DNA of 64,000 nucleotides from Spirochaetia bacterium (lineage in GTDB: Bacteria > Spirochaetota > Spirochaetia > SP-2023). The notes beneath the pieces were generated by a model. The model searched no databases. It was not told where the DNA came from and saw only the letters and a program-made list of their open reading frames with translations. Position numbers and translations under genes: made by a program. The stretch covers positions 1,184,001-1,248,000 of the forward strand of contig OZ253665.1 of the NCBI GenBank assembly GCA_965263295.1, in the 5' to 3' direction. Shown here piece by piece: positions 48,367 to 60,438 of the stretch (position 1 is its first letter; every line of letters begins with the position of its first letter).

Positions 48367-50139
48367 ATGCCTACAATTGCCCCCAGCCTCGAAGAGATTC
48401 GTCATTCTTTGGCACACGTCATGGCCTATGCCGTAAAGGAACTTTACAGAGACGTTAAAATGGGAGTTGGCCCCACAACTGAGAGCGGCTTCTACTATGA
48501 CCTGGACCTCGAACATCGCATCAGTCATGAAGATTTAAAACAAATTGAGAGAAAAATGCAGGAGCTGCTCAAACAGAAATACGACTTTGTGCGCGAAGAA
48601 GTTTCGGTTGCAGAGGCCCGCGAACGCTTTGCCAAAGACCGTTACAAAATGGAACTGATCGACGGCATTATCGGGCGCGGCGAAAGCGTCAGCCTGTATC
48701 GCTGCGGCGACTTTATCGACCTTTGCAGAGGCCCACACGTGGGCAACACGGCGCAGATCCCCGCCAAGGCTTTTAAGCTGGTCTCCCTAGCTGGATCCTA
48801 CTGGCGCGGTGACGAGAAAAATCCAATGATGCAACGCATTTATGGGTTTGCCTTTGAAACCCCGGCCGAACTGAAAGGACACATCCAGCTATTAGAAGAA
48901 ATGAAGAAACGCGACCACCGCAAACTAGGCCGAGAACTCGACCTGTTTTCCCTGCACGAAGAAGCCGGTTCTGGCCTGGTATACTGGCATCCCAAGGGAG
49001 GCCGTGCGCGCGTGGCTCTAGAGAATTACTGGCGACAACAGCACCTCGAAAATGGCTACGAAATTATTTTCACCCCACACATGGGCCGTTCCTGGTTGTG
49101 GCAGAAATCCGGGCACCTGGATTTTTATGCCGAGAACATGTTCGCCCCAATGGAGATCGACGGCAAGCAGTACTACATGAAACCGATGAACTGCCCATTC
49201 CACATCATGATTTACAAAAACAGCCAGTACTCTTACCGCGACTTGCCACTTCGCTGGGCCGAACTGGGAACTGTTTATCGCTACGAGCGTTCGGGGACAA
49301 TGCACGGCCTGACGCGCGTGCGCGGCTTCACCCAGGATGACGCACATATTTTCTGCACCGCCGAACAGATTGAAAGCGAAATCTTGCGAGTACTACGCTT
49401 TTCATTGACCATGCTGCGCACATTTGGTTTTCGAGAAATCTCAGCCTACCTGTCCACCCGTCCGCCAAAAGCGGTCGGCGAAGCCGAACACTGGGAAATC
49501 GCCCAAGAGTCGCTGTTGCAAGCCCTAAAAAAAGAGGCTATTCCATATGGTATCGACGAGGGCGGAGGGGCTTTCTACGGGCCAAAGATTGACTTGAAGG
49601 TCAAGGACGCGACGAAACGCGAGTGGCAGCTCTCAACGATTCAGTTTGATTTCAATCTGCCCGAGCGCTTTGACATTTCGTATACCGCTCAAGGAGGCTG
49701 CGAGCAGCGCCCTTACATGATCCACCGCACCCTACTCGGTTCAATTGAGCGCTTTTTCGGCGTATTGATTGAGCATTACGGCGCTTCGTTTCCGTTCTGG
49801 CTTGCCCCCGTCCAAGTGGCCATTATTCCGATACGCCCGGAGCACAGAGGCGCTGCCGATAAAATATATACGCAACTCAAAGAACTGGGCCTAAGTCTGA
49901 ACTACCTCGAACAGGGTGAAAACCTCAACTCCAGAATCAAGCGTGCCCATAAAGACAAGACACCCTACATCCTGATAATCGGCGATAAAGAAGTGCGAGA
50001 AGAGACTCTGGCGGTGCGCATGCGTGGCAATGTACAAGTTTCTGACGTCCCGCAAAAAGCCTTTGTGCGAGCCTGCAGACAAATGCAACAGCATCGCGCT
50101 CTAGAACTCATCGGGGACTTTTCGGCCCTGAGCACATAA
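48367..50139 (+). CDS. thrS: Threonine--tRNA ligase (short form without TGS domain)
   Basis: RHSLAHVMA, DLCRGPH, RDHRKLG, KPMNCP, RVRGFTQDDAH, GAFYGPKID. Confidence 0.98.
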   Translation: MPTIAPSLEEIRHSLAHVMAYAVKELYRDVKMGVGPTTESGFYYDLDLEHRISHEDLKQIERKMQELLKQKYDFVREEVSVAEARERFAKDRYKMELIDGIIGRGESVSLYRCGDFIDLCRGPHVGNTAQIPAKAFKLVSLAGSYWRGDEKNPMMQRIYGFAFETPAELKGHIQLLEEMKKRDHRKLGRELDLFSLHEEAGSGLVYWHPKGGRARVALENYWRQQHLENGYEIIFTPHMGRSWLWQKSGHLDFYAENMFAPMEIDGKQYYMKPMNCPFHIMIYKNSQYSYRDLPLRWAELGTVYRYERSGTMHGLTRVRGFTQDDAHIFCTAEQIESEILRVLRFSLTMLRTFGFREISAYLSTRPPKAVGEAEHWEIAQESLLQALKKEAIPYGIDEGGGAFYGPKIDLKVKDATKREWQLSTIQFDFNLPERFDISYTAQGGCEQRPYMIHRTLLGSIERFFGVLIEHYGASFPFWLAPVQVAIIPIRPEHRGAADKIYTQLKELGLSLNYLEQGENLNSRIKRAHKDKTPYILIIGDKEVREETLAVRMRGNVQVSDVPQKAFVRACRQMQQHRALELIGDFSALST

Positions 50140-50171
50140 CTAACCCAATCTTCCAAGGCATCCTTTATTAA

Positions 50172-51251
50172 TTGACAAGACAAAACATCGTGGAAAGCCT
50201 AAGTCAGTTCCTTGCCAAACTAATGGGTCCATGGAGTCAGCTTCTACCGCCTGAGGGTGTCGATAGCACCGAAAACTTTATCCGTCTGTTGCAAAGCTCT
50301 TGGTATTACGCTTCGCCAGTCATCAGCATTGTTGTCGTCACTTATTTGATCTACAAAGGATACAACGCCTTTGTAGCCGCTGGCGCCCAAGAGCTGTTAA
50401 TTACCATTGCCCTGATCGCTCTGCTTTTTATTGTTTCCATGCTACTGCAGTTAGAGTTCCTTTTGTGGATTCTAGAACGTAGTGTTCCAACTCTTCTGGT
50501 CATGCTCGCTGTCATCCTGCAACCTGAACTACGGCGTATCTTTGTCCAAATCGGACGACAGAGCACACGTTATCAGCAGCGCCACCAGAATCAGGACCAA
50601 AAAGTTATTGATGAAATAGTTAAAGCTTGCGAAACCCTTTCAGACCGTGGGCGCGGCGCCCTGATCGTGTTTCGCCGTGAACACCTCCTGCGCCATATCC
50701 TAAGCACTGGAATCAGTCTCGACGCCCAACCCAGTGCAGAATTAATAGTTTCCTTGTTCGCCTATGACACGCCCTTGCACGATGGTGCCATCATTTTAGG
50801 ACATGCTCGCGTCCTGGCCGCCGCATGCATCCTGCCTATTGATCCAGAAGAGAAAAGCTTGATATCTATGAAGTCTGGCACGCGTCACCGTTCAGCCCTC
50901 GGCCTGATTCGCGAGACAGATGCCGTGGCTTTAATAGTTTCAGAAGAGTCTGGGCGCATTTCGCTGGCTTTTGATAGTCAAATGCGCTCTCACGTCAGCG
51001 CAGAACAAGCCAATAAAATCCTAGGAGAACTTTTGCTGCGCAAGGATCAGACCGGCCCCCCAAACAAACTGAAGCACTTTTTCCATCAGCTATCACAATT
51101 TATCTTGCACCACGGCTCGCAACAAACAAAGGCCAGCACTGCGTCATCTGCCAGGACAAGCCAGCCTGCCCAACACAGCCCTAAAGAAGTAAAGCAAACG
51201 ACATCACAGAAACAGACAGACAACAGTAACGCAGCCCCAAACGACACGTAG
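50172..51251 (+). CDS. cdaA: Diadenylate cyclase CdaA
   Basis: 3 N-terminal TM helices, QPELRR, PLHDGA, GTRHRSA, VSEESGRIS; start uncertain. Confidence 0.92.
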   Translation: MTRQNIVESLSQFLAKLMGPWSQLLPPEGVDSTENFIRLLQSSWYYASPVISIVVVTYLIYKGYNAFVAAGAQELLITIALIALLFIVSMLLQLEFLLWILERSVPTLLVMLAVILQPELRRIFVQIGRQSTRYQQRHQNQDQKVIDEIVKACETLSDRGRGALIVFRREHLLRHILSTGISLDAQPSAELIVSLFAYDTPLHDGAIILGHARVLAAACILPIDPEEKSLISMKSGTRHRSALGLIRETDAVALIVSEESGRISLAFDSQMRSHVSAEQANKILGELLLRKDQTGPPNKLKHFFHQLSQFILHHGSQQTKASTASSARTSQPAQHSPKEVKQTTSQKQTDNSNAAPNDT

Positions 51252-51270
51252 GATCAAAGGCGTCCGCAAT

Positions 51271-52308
51271 ATGACAAACTCGAATAAAGCACTGGGCATA
51301 AATGTGGCCAAATGCCCAAAGTATAAAAAGTCGCGTGCCGCTCAATTTTGGGCAAAACTGCGTCAGAGCTGGCTCCGTCTTAGCCTATCTTTTATCGTTA
51401 CATTATTCATGTATTCCTACTATCAGACAGCAATTCAAGCTGAAGTTTCTTTCACCCTACCATTAATTATAGCTGGCGCACAAGATCGTATCGTTGAACC
51501 GCCTGAAGATGGTCAGGAAGTAACTTTGCATCTAGCTGGGCGCAAACACGATTTAGAGAATCTGCGCAGCAGTGATTTTGAGACTTATGTGCGCCTGCCT
51601 GCCGGTAAAAACGGGGCGCTACAATTACCGGTATATTACCGTGTGCGGAATAATAACGTACAACTCAATAAATACGTCAAAGCAGACTTGGAACCTAAAT
51701 CCGTAGCATTGAATGTCGAACGCGAAACTTCCAAGGAGTTGCCGATTGAAGTGAAAATTCAAGGTTACCCGGCCACTGGCTATAGTTTGGGGGCCTATCA
51801 CATTCACCCCAATCGCATTAATGTCACCGGGCCGAGTTCAGCATTGAAACAACTAGATGCCATCAGTACTAAGCCCATCGACATTACGGGCAAAAGCCAG
51901 CCTTTCCAGCAAATCATAGATATGGAACAGCCTGAACCGGCCAATGGTCACAGCCCCACGAATCTACGCTTAGCATTCAAAACAGCCCAGGTACAAATCC
52001 AGATTGACGCCCGTTCAGAGACTCAAACTTTTGCCTTAGAGCCCCTGCTAATCAACCTGCCCAGTAACTTGACACTTGAAAATATTTTACCCAATGAAGT
52101 TCAGTTAACGCTACAAAGCAATCGTGATATTCTACGAGATATTGAAGAAGGCAGTTACGATATTCGTATTGAATTAGATGCCGGAGACATTTTTACTGCC
52201 GGGCGCTATGCCCTTCCCGTGATGGTCAATGGGCTACCTCAAGGCATTTCTTTGCTCAGCATTACACCCAACCGCGTCAGTGTCGTTATCGCGGCAAATT
52301 ATAAATAA
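51271..52308 (+). CDS. cdaR: YbbR-domain protein CdaR
   Basis: One TM helix plus repeated YbbR-like segments (GYPATGY, PNRINVTGP, PNRVSV); directly after cdaA. Confidence 0.85.
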   Translation: MTNSNKALGINVAKCPKYKKSRAAQFWAKLRQSWLRLSLSFIVTLFMYSYYQTAIQAEVSFTLPLIIAGAQDRIVEPPEDGQEVTLHLAGRKHDLENLRSSDFETYVRLPAGKNGALQLPVYYRVRNNNVQLNKYVKADLEPKSVALNVERETSKELPIEVKIQGYPATGYSLGAYHIHPNRINVTGPSSALKQLDAISTKPIDITGKSQPFQQIIDMEQPEPANGHSPTNLRLAFKTAQVQIQIDARSETQTFALEPLLINLPSNLTLENILPNEVQLTLQSNRDILRDIEEGSYDIRIELDAGDIFTAGRYALPVMVNGLPQGISLLSITPNRVSVVIAANYK

Positions 52309-52326
52309 TCAAGACTCTTTAAAAAT

Positions 52327-54396
52327 CTAGCGCAACCGGTGTAACTGCCAAGAAAACATGGAATCTGGCAGTTGTTGTAACTGGCTATCGAAACTCTGCC
52401 ATATTTCGCCCAGTGGGAAAAAGGCCAGTTTCAACGGCTGACCCGGTTGTAGTTTTTGCAGCAAACGTCCCCAAAACAAGGGTATATTGCCATTGTCAAA
52501 AGCTCCCGGATCGGCTTGATAAGCCAGCAATTCAGCCAATGGGTCAAACTGAAACCAGCCAAAATCCGGTAAATAGATTTCCAGCCAGAAATAGGGGTGC
52601 AAATTACTTGTCCCCTGCGGGGATAGCGGCAACTGTGCCTGTGCACCAGAAATAATCCGTGCAGGAATATCAAGTTCTGTAAAACCTCTCAATAACAGCA
52701 ACAAAATCTGCTCTGGAGCCCATTGTGTATTGTTATCATTCTCGCTCAACTGCAAGTTGCCAGCTTCATTCAGCAGTTCTTGTGGCCAAGAGCGAATCAA
52801 AAGCCGGCGCAGCTCGCTCTCCTGGAGGCCGGCAGGACAAAGCCAAGAAGTGATCTGAAGTCCCAGCTCTGCATGCAAACTATCAGATAGATACACAGGC
52901 GACAGCTTCAATTCACGTACAGCTATTTTGTAAAGCTCCACGGCCTTCTCGTACGGACTCAATCGTCCATCCTTTAGGCTTAGAACAGATGTCCAGCTAG
53001 GGACTTCATAAGCCTGCAAGATCGCCCGGTTGCTTTGTAACTGATAGGCCAACTGCTTTAACTCCTGCCAATTATAAGTCTGACTCTTACTATTCGCAGG
53101 CGGCTCCTGCAGCCAGGAAGCATAAGAAAAATCCAGGTAAAGAGCCTTTTCCAGCAGAGCTATTTCCTCTCGCGCCGCTATTTTTCCCGCCAAAGGTATT
53201 CGACTGAAATCCGCACCGTGTAACAAGCAGCTACGTCCATATTTTTGCGCTGCCTTCGGGGGCACCGGCAAAAAACTTAGGTTCAATACTGGTAAAACAA
53301 TAGAGTTATTCGACTTCGACGGAACATCAGAAACCAAACCATTGGGGGCTTCAATTGGTCTAAGATTGTGCCAACGCTGATAGAGTTCGTTGCGCGGCCA
53401 CTTCAACTGCAGCAAGCGACGGAAGACATCCGCATCGCCAGACTGCGACGAATGCAGCTGGCCAGAACGACCGACTTGTTTTTTCAGATATTGTTCGCGA
53501 AGCTCTAATAACTTCTGATACAGACCCTCTTCCGTTTTTTCCGGCTCTGCTAGAATATCTGGAGATATCTGCAAAATAGGGCTGGGCAGCACCTCAGAAG
53601 CCAGCTGTAAATTCAGGCGCAAAAGAGCATCCTCCGCAAAATTATCTTTACGACCTGCCTGCTGGGCATTTCGATTTCGCGCTGCCGGTATAAATAAACT
53701 ATTACTGCTCTGTAAACTCCCTCCAATTGTACGCACCAAGAATACAGAGCCTTGAACCACTTCCTGTGGCAGTTTTAAGCGTATAAGCTGATTGCCCCAT
53801 GACAAAACTTCTGACATCTGTAAGATACGGTACTGTTCCAATTTCGCGGGATCAAAATACAAATTCGGGCGCTGCTCTATCTGCCGCCCAAATAATAGCA
53901 ACTGATCCTGGTAGCGGAAACCAAAATTTTGCCCGCGGATCTCTAGAATTGGAGGGCGACTGGAGATCAGTTTGAACGTTTCCAATACAGGAAAATCCTT
54001 CACTTGACGATTTTGCTGCACCTGTGGCAACGAATCCTCATTCCACACGGGAATATATTGGCTGGTAATATGGCCCCGCTTGAGTTGTACTGTGGCATAC
54101 GCAAAAGGTTTGAGAATGAAAATCTGGATCTCATTATCACTCCACTTGAGTAAATGCCCCGGACTAATATCCCGCTGATTTACCAGTATCTGGGCCGTAC
54201 CTAAGTGTCCGAAACGCTTTCCCCAGATGCTCAGCACCACCCGTTCGCCTTCGTCCTGTTGTTCATAACCATTGACCGTAAGTTCTGGATGAAAACTAAA
54301 ACACCGACAGCATAATAACGTCGTCGCCGCAAGCAATACGGAACCCCAAAAAGGATTTTTAAATCGTATCTCTTTAATTTTATCCTTTTGAAGCAT
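52327..54396 (-). CDS. Exported protein with IPT/TIG-like N-terminal domains and a transglutaminase-like C-terminal domain
   Basis: IWGKRFG..WSDNEI and IRGQNFG..SWGNQLI repeats; DIPARIISG and FWLEIYLPDFGWFQFDP. Confidence 0.7.
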   Translation of the reverse strand: MLQKDKIKEIRFKNPFWGSVLLAATTLLCCRCFSFHPELTVNGYEQQDEGERVVLSIWGKRFGHLGTAQILVNQRDISPGHLLKWSDNEIQIFILKPFAYATVQLKRGHITSQYIPVWNEDSLPQVQQNRQVKDFPVLETFKLISSRPPILEIRGQNFGFRYQDQLLLFGRQIEQRPNLYFDPAKLEQYRILQMSEVLSWGNQLIRLKLPQEVVQGSVFLVRTIGGSLQSSNSLFIPAARNRNAQQAGRKDNFAEDALLRLNLQLASEVLPSPILQISPDILAEPEKTEEGLYQKLLELREQYLKKQVGRSGQLHSSQSGDADVFRRLLQLKWPRNELYQRWHNLRPIEAPNGLVSDVPSKSNNSIVLPVLNLSFLPVPPKAAQKYGRSCLLHGADFSRIPLAGKIAAREEIALLEKALYLDFSYASWLQEPPANSKSQTYNWQELKQLAYQLQSNRAILQAYEVPSWTSVLSLKDGRLSPYEKAVELYKIAVRELKLSPVYLSDSLHAELGLQITSWLCPAGLQESELRRLLIRSWPQELLNEAGNLQLSENDNNTQWAPEQILLLLLRGFTELDIPARIISGAQAQLPLSPQGTSNLHPYFWLEIYLPDFGWFQFDPLAELLAYQADPGAFDNGNIPLFWGRLLQKLQPGQPLKLAFFPLGEIWQSFDSQLQQLPDSMFSWQLHRLR

Positions 54397-54424
54397 GATT
54401 ATCAGATAATAAAATTTCTATAAC

Positions 54425-55930
54425 CTAATAATCACGCGCTTTCAACACAGAGCCTTGGGCTGTATCGACAATCTGATAACCTGCAGCCTGAAGTTGAGTA
54501 CGCAACTCGTCGGCCCGCCTATAGTTCTTGGCGAGACGAGCTTTATCCCGCTCGGCTAAAAGCTCTAAATACGTCTGCGGTATTTCAGACTCATCAGCCT
54601 CGGCGCTAAAAAGGCCAAGCTGTAAAAAAGCCTCTCCAAACTCTAAAACAGCCAGTTTATCCGCAGCATTCAATCCGTCATCTTTGAGGGCGTTCCACAA
54701 AGCAGCCAAAGCTTTTGGCGTGTGTAAGTCCTGCAGTAAAGCTTCCCAGAATTCTTTTATATAAGAGTTAAGCAGATTCTTAGCTTCGATTTTTTGTACC
54801 TGAGGACTCAAAGCAACGCATCCGGTCTGCAATCGTCCCACTTGGCCTTTCAGTTCATAGGCTCTTTGCCGCAAACGCTTGCGACTCTTCTGAGCCCCTT
54901 CTAAAGCCTGAAAACGGAACTGAACTTGACTGCGATAATGGACGCCAAGTAAAAAATAGCGGTAGTCCAGTGCGCTAAAACCTCTATTTTCAAGCATAGC
55001 CAGAGTCAAGGCATTACCGCTGCTCTTGGAAATCTTGTCGCCGTCACGGACGAGATGATCGCCTTCCGCGATTTTCTGTATAACGACAAACTCATTATGT
55101 AACCAGTAACGTACCCAAGGTTTCTGCTCTTCCGGCAAAACACTCTCGGACTGCGCAATTTCGTTGGGATGGTGTACCATTTTGTGGTCGACTCCGCCAC
55201 AATGTATATCAATTTGTGAACCGAGAAACCGGCTTGCCATGGCACTACATTCGATATGCCAGCCCGGATAGCCACGCCCCCAAGGAGAATCCCACTGCAT
55301 GGCCTGGTCGGCAAACTTGCCGTTAGAGAACCACAACACAAAATCACGCTGGCTTTTCTTTGCCGAGTCAGTTCCTGTTCGCGAAAGCATAGTTTCTTCC
55401 GAAACCGGCTTGAGACCAGCTAAACGGCCATAATCGTCAAGTTTACTGGTATCAAAATAAAGGTTACCGTTGCTGTAGTAAGTAAAACCGGCCTCTACAA
55501 TTTCATGAATCAGCTTCTGCATATCAGCGATATGGTCGGAAGCCCGGCAAACCACATCGGGACGGATAATATGCATCTTGCCGCAATCACGAAAAAACGC
55601 CTGGGTGTAATAATCGGCGATTTCTCGCTCTGTTTTACCCGCGGCACGGGCGCTGAGCGCAACCTTATCTTCCCCCTCATCACCATCGTCAGTCAGGTGC
55701 CCAACATCGGTAATATTCATAACATGCTTCAAGTCATACCCGAGCGCCAACAATATCCGATGCAGCACATCCTGTACCGTATACGCTCTCAGGTTGCCGA
55801 TATGGGCATAACTATAAACAGTGGGCCCGCAGCAATACATCAGAACTTTTTCTGGCTGTCGCGGCCGAAAGGATTCCAAACGGTTGCCATCACTATTATA
55901 AAGTTTCAATTCACCTAACTGTATATCCAT
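54425..55930 (-). CDS. cysS: Cysteine--tRNA ligase
   Basis: YCCGPTVY..AHIGN, NITDVGH, GYPGWHIECSAM, HHPNEIAQ, KISKS. Confidence 0.98.
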   Translation of the reverse strand: MDIQLGELKLYNSDGNRLESFRPRQPEKVLMYCCGPTVYSYAHIGNLRAYTVQDVLHRILLALGYDLKHVMNITDVGHLTDDGDEGEDKVALSARAAGKTEREIADYYTQAFFRDCGKMHIIRPDVVCRASDHIADMQKLIHEIVEAGFTYYSNGNLYFDTSKLDDYGRLAGLKPVSEETMLSRTGTDSAKKSQRDFVLWFSNGKFADQAMQWDSPWGRGYPGWHIECSAMASRFLGSQIDIHCGGVDHKMVHHPNEIAQSESVLPEEQKPWVRYWLHNEFVVIQKIAEGDHLVRDGDKISKSSGNALTLAMLENRGFSALDYRYFLLGVHYRSQVQFRFQALEGAQKSRKRLRQRAYELKGQVGRLQTGCVALSPQVQKIEAKNLLNSYIKEFWEALLQDLHTPKALAALWNALKDDGLNAADKLAVLEFGEAFLQLGLFSAEADESEIPQTYLELLAERDKARLAKNYRRADELRTQLQAAGYQIVDTAQGSVLKARDY

Positions 55931-55972
55931 GAATCTACCTTTAAACTTCTTGAAAATAGAAGCTATAGCATT

Positions 55973-56641
55973 CTACGAGTTTTGCAAGAATTTTAAAACC
56001 TTCTCTGTGTTCTTTTGAAAGCGCTTTAAATACTGATCTTGCTCTCCCTGCAAAAATACCAAGTCGCTAAGTTGTTCCAAATGCACCGGGTCTGCAGAAG
56101 GGCTTTGGAGCAATTCATATTTTTTAAACACAATTAGTTGTTCTATACTATACTTTAGCTCGTTAATCATCAATTGCAAATCATTTATTTCTTTTTTACA
56201 CCATGGTTTCCAATAGATTTCACTCAGCAAAATATGATCGTACATCTTATCCCATTCACTGCTGAACTGCTGCCATCTCTTCAGGAAAACATGGCGGTAT
56301 ATCTGCGCTTCATCTTGAGGCTGAAGACTCGCAGGATTTTTATTTTGGTACTTAAGCGGATACTCAGAAGTCTGGATCAGAGGGCTGCGCAGCGAGCGGT
56401 AGCGGTCACGCAAACGCACGATACTTTGCATCAATTGAAAAATTAAGTTCTGCTGCTGATCGTCTTTTTCCTGGCGGCGCAGAAAGTGAAAGCCCTGAAT
56501 CACTAGAGCAAACATCGCAACTGTAGAAAATAGGAGCAAGATATTGAGCAACCCACTCTGATCTAAAAAATTACTAAAGGTAAAAAGGCCGTGCTGCAAC
56601 TTTTGGAAAAAGGAGCCGTCCGAAATTGAATCAGGCGTCAT
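55973..56641 (-). CDS. Hypothetical protein with one TM helix
   Basis: 222-aa ORF with a hydrophobic segment at about aa 31-53. Confidence 0.65.
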   Translation of the reverse strand: MTPDSISDGSFFQKLQHGLFTFSNFLDQSGLLNILLLFSTVAMFALVIQGFHFLRRQEKDDQQQNLIFQLMQSIVRLRDRYRSLRSPLIQTSEYPLKYQNKNPASLQPQDEAQIYRHVFLKRWQQFSSEWDKMYDHILLSEIYWKPWCKKEINDLQLMINELKYSIEQLIVFKKYELLQSPSADPVHLEQLSDLVFLQGEQDQYLKRFQKNTEKVLKFLQNS

Positions 56642-56713
56642 TGCCCAAAGAATATAGCCATAGCCAGGATCTTAGGCAAGCCCCAATCCCGCCCCTGAAA
56701 ACACTAGATAAAC

Positions 56714-57172
56714 TTAAAGACGCGCATATTGCGTTCCCGCATGCTGACCAGCCTGGATATCTTGATAATCCCCTTCCTGAATATGGCCTTTCCAGCAAGT
56801 TATGGAATCCGTAATGTGAACATTAAAATAGCCGAACTCACTGAGGATTTGGGCCACATTCTGTGCCTCTCTGCGATTTGAACCGTAAACCACAACTAAA
56901 ATGAAAAGATCGTCAGTTGGCAAAAGGCCATTACAAGTACGAGCGGGAATATTGATTGCCGTGGGGATATGGCCACGCCGATAGGCTTCCTCTGGGCGCA
57001 CATCGACCAAGTAATAGCTAATCCCCTCACTGCGAATCAACTCTTCAAGTTGACTGCCGTCAAATTCTAAAATTACCCCCTGCTCTATCGGTTCCCGGTT
57101 ATACCGAGTCACAACATACCACCACAGTAAAATCGCCAAGAAGACTAATGAGACTAGCGTGTAAAATTCCAT
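56714..57172 (-). CDS. Membrane-anchored rhodanese-like domain protein
   Basis: N-terminal TM helix; LVDVRPEEAYRRGHIPTAINIP. Confidence 0.85.
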   Translation of the reverse strand: MEFYTLVSLVFLAILLWWYVVTRYNREPIEQGVILEFDGSQLEELIRSEGISYYLVDVRPEEAYRRGHIPTAINIPARTCNGLLPTDDLFILVVVYGSNRREAQNVAQILSEFGYFNVHITDSITCWKGHIQEGDYQDIQAGQHAGTQYARL

Positions 57173-57330
57173 GGCCTAGAACGGTGCACTCCTTGTTTGC
57201 CTCATAAATATCTATAATTATACAGAACGCTTATACTGCTGTGGTTTCAAGTGACAGAAAGCCTGTATATCAGAGCAGGCTACAGCAATTATCGGAAACT
57301 AAATAAAATTATTAACAGAATATTCAAAAT

Positions 57331-57390
57331 AAAAGGAACTCATGAAAGCATATAAATGAATATCAATACGCTTTCATGAGTTCCTTTTTT
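57331..57390. terminator. Long hairpin (19-bp perfect stem, 20-nt loop) downstream of groEL, terminator-like
   Basis: aaaaggaactcatgaaagc (57331-57349) pairs with gctttcatgagttcctttt (57370-57388). Confidence 0.75.
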
Positions 57391-57438
57391 AAGCAGAGAT
57401 AAAAGCTGCTTGCTTGGCTGAAATTGCAAGCAAAGTAC

Positions 57439-59148
<1,710 letters not shown>

Positions 59149-59230
59149 TTACAAAATTTGTTTGCAGACGGCAAGAAAAAAATCAAAAAGATTTCTTGTT
59201 TTTGAGCTTTGGCTCCAATATCCTGTATCC

Positions 59231-59689
59231 ATGAAGTGTCCACGCTGCTCGTGTCTCGACAATCGCGTTCTGGACTCGCGCCAGAACAGTCAAGGGACTT
59301 CAATCCGCAGGCGGCGCGAATGCAGTAGCTGCGGTTTCCGTTTTACCGCCCACGAAGAAATTGACGCGATCACCATGCGGGTGCATAAACAAAACGGCCA
59401 GATTCAGGATTTCGACTGGCAGAAACTGCGCAACGGCGTAAGTCGCTCCATTGAAAAACGCCAGATCAGCATGAATAAGGTCGAAGAATTTTTCAATAAA
59501 CTGGAAGCGAGCTTCACCGAACGCAGTTATAAAAAAAAGCAGTTGACCAGTGACGAAATAGGAGAAACCGTGCTGCGCCACTTACGTGAATTCGATATCA
59601 TTGCCTACATTCGTTTTGCCTCTGTCTATAAAAAGTTCAATTCACTTGAAGAGTTTGTGCAAATCATCACAGAATTACAGAGCAGCTAG
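59231..59689 (+). CDS. nrdR: Transcriptional repressor NrdR
   Basis: MKCPRC..RVLDSR..IRRRRECSSCGFRFT, ATP cone, AYIRFASVY. Confidence 0.96.
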   Translation: MKCPRCSCLDNRVLDSRQNSQGTSIRRRRECSSCGFRFTAHEEIDAITMRVHKQNGQIQDFDWQKLRNGVSRSIEKRQISMNKVEEFFNKLEASFTERSYKKKQLTSDEIGETVLRHLREFDIIAYIRFASVYKKFNSLEEFVQIITELQSS

Positions 59690-59878
59690 GCTCCTGCCCT
59701 TAAATTCCGGTTGCCTTTTTCACCATTTGAATCCTAAATAATAGAATCTAGTGGCGTAGCTCAACAAGAAAAAAGATTCTTATCTAACTGCAGAAATTTT
59801 GGCCAATTGCAACGCTGGTAATTCTTTGTAGCAGCCTTGGAGCGCTTTGGCCTACTATTTAGCTGGCCTGAGAGCTGA

Positions 59879-60400
59879 CTAGAACATATAGCCCAACCAA
59901 TCCACATGCCCGCCGGCCCAAGTTTTACCACTTATCGACTTGATATGGAGCTCATCGACGTATTCTACTGCCACGCCATAATTTGTGTGATTATGAAGTC
60001 TTAGCCAAGAATTTATCCCTGAAATACGCGAATAACCTTGAGACGCATAAAAATCTTTTAGCTCAGAAATGAGGATTATAAAGTCCACGTCTTTATTCTC
60101 GGCAAAACTTGATAATTCAGAAAGCATTGCCCAACCAATACCACGACCACGGAAGGCTTTTTCGACACAAAAGTCGATCACACCAAGAACCTTGTAGGCT
60201 TCGCCCCCTGCACTGATTACCCGATAATCCAGACCCATATGCCCAAGCAACTGTTTATCTTGGTACTCTAAAGCGCGCATATGAGGCAGTTGCTTAAAAT
60301 AAGAACGCTCGGTTTGATGCTCTGGAAATGACGAATTTCGGAGCGTTCTGATAGCATCATGCTGTTCTCGCGACAAATCAATTTCAGGGATAATGTCCAC
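59879..60400 (-). CDS. GNAT family N-acetyltransferase
   Basis: RSYFKQLPH, FRGRGIG (motif A), FYASQGY. Confidence 0.88.
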   Translation of the reverse strand: MDIIPEIDLSREQHDAIRTLRNSSFPEHQTERSYFKQLPHMRALEYQDKQLLGHMGLDYRVISAGGEAYKVLGVIDFCVEKAFRGRGIGWAMLSELSSFAENKDVDFIILISELKDFYASQGYSRISGINSWLRLHNHTNYGVAVEYVDELHIKSISGKTWAGGHVDWLGYMF

Positions 60401-60438
60401 ATTTTTCCTCTAAGATAGCATTAGTTGTGATTATTGGG

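Noticed and set aside
59750..59766. GTGGCGTAGCTCAAC resembling a tRNA 5' end at the island edge
   Set aside because: No anticodon arm or T-arm follows; could be chance.
59690..60438. GNAT gene as an integron cassette
   Set aside because: No attC/VCR-like structure with RYYYAAC...GTTRRRY ends is visible and there is no integrase.
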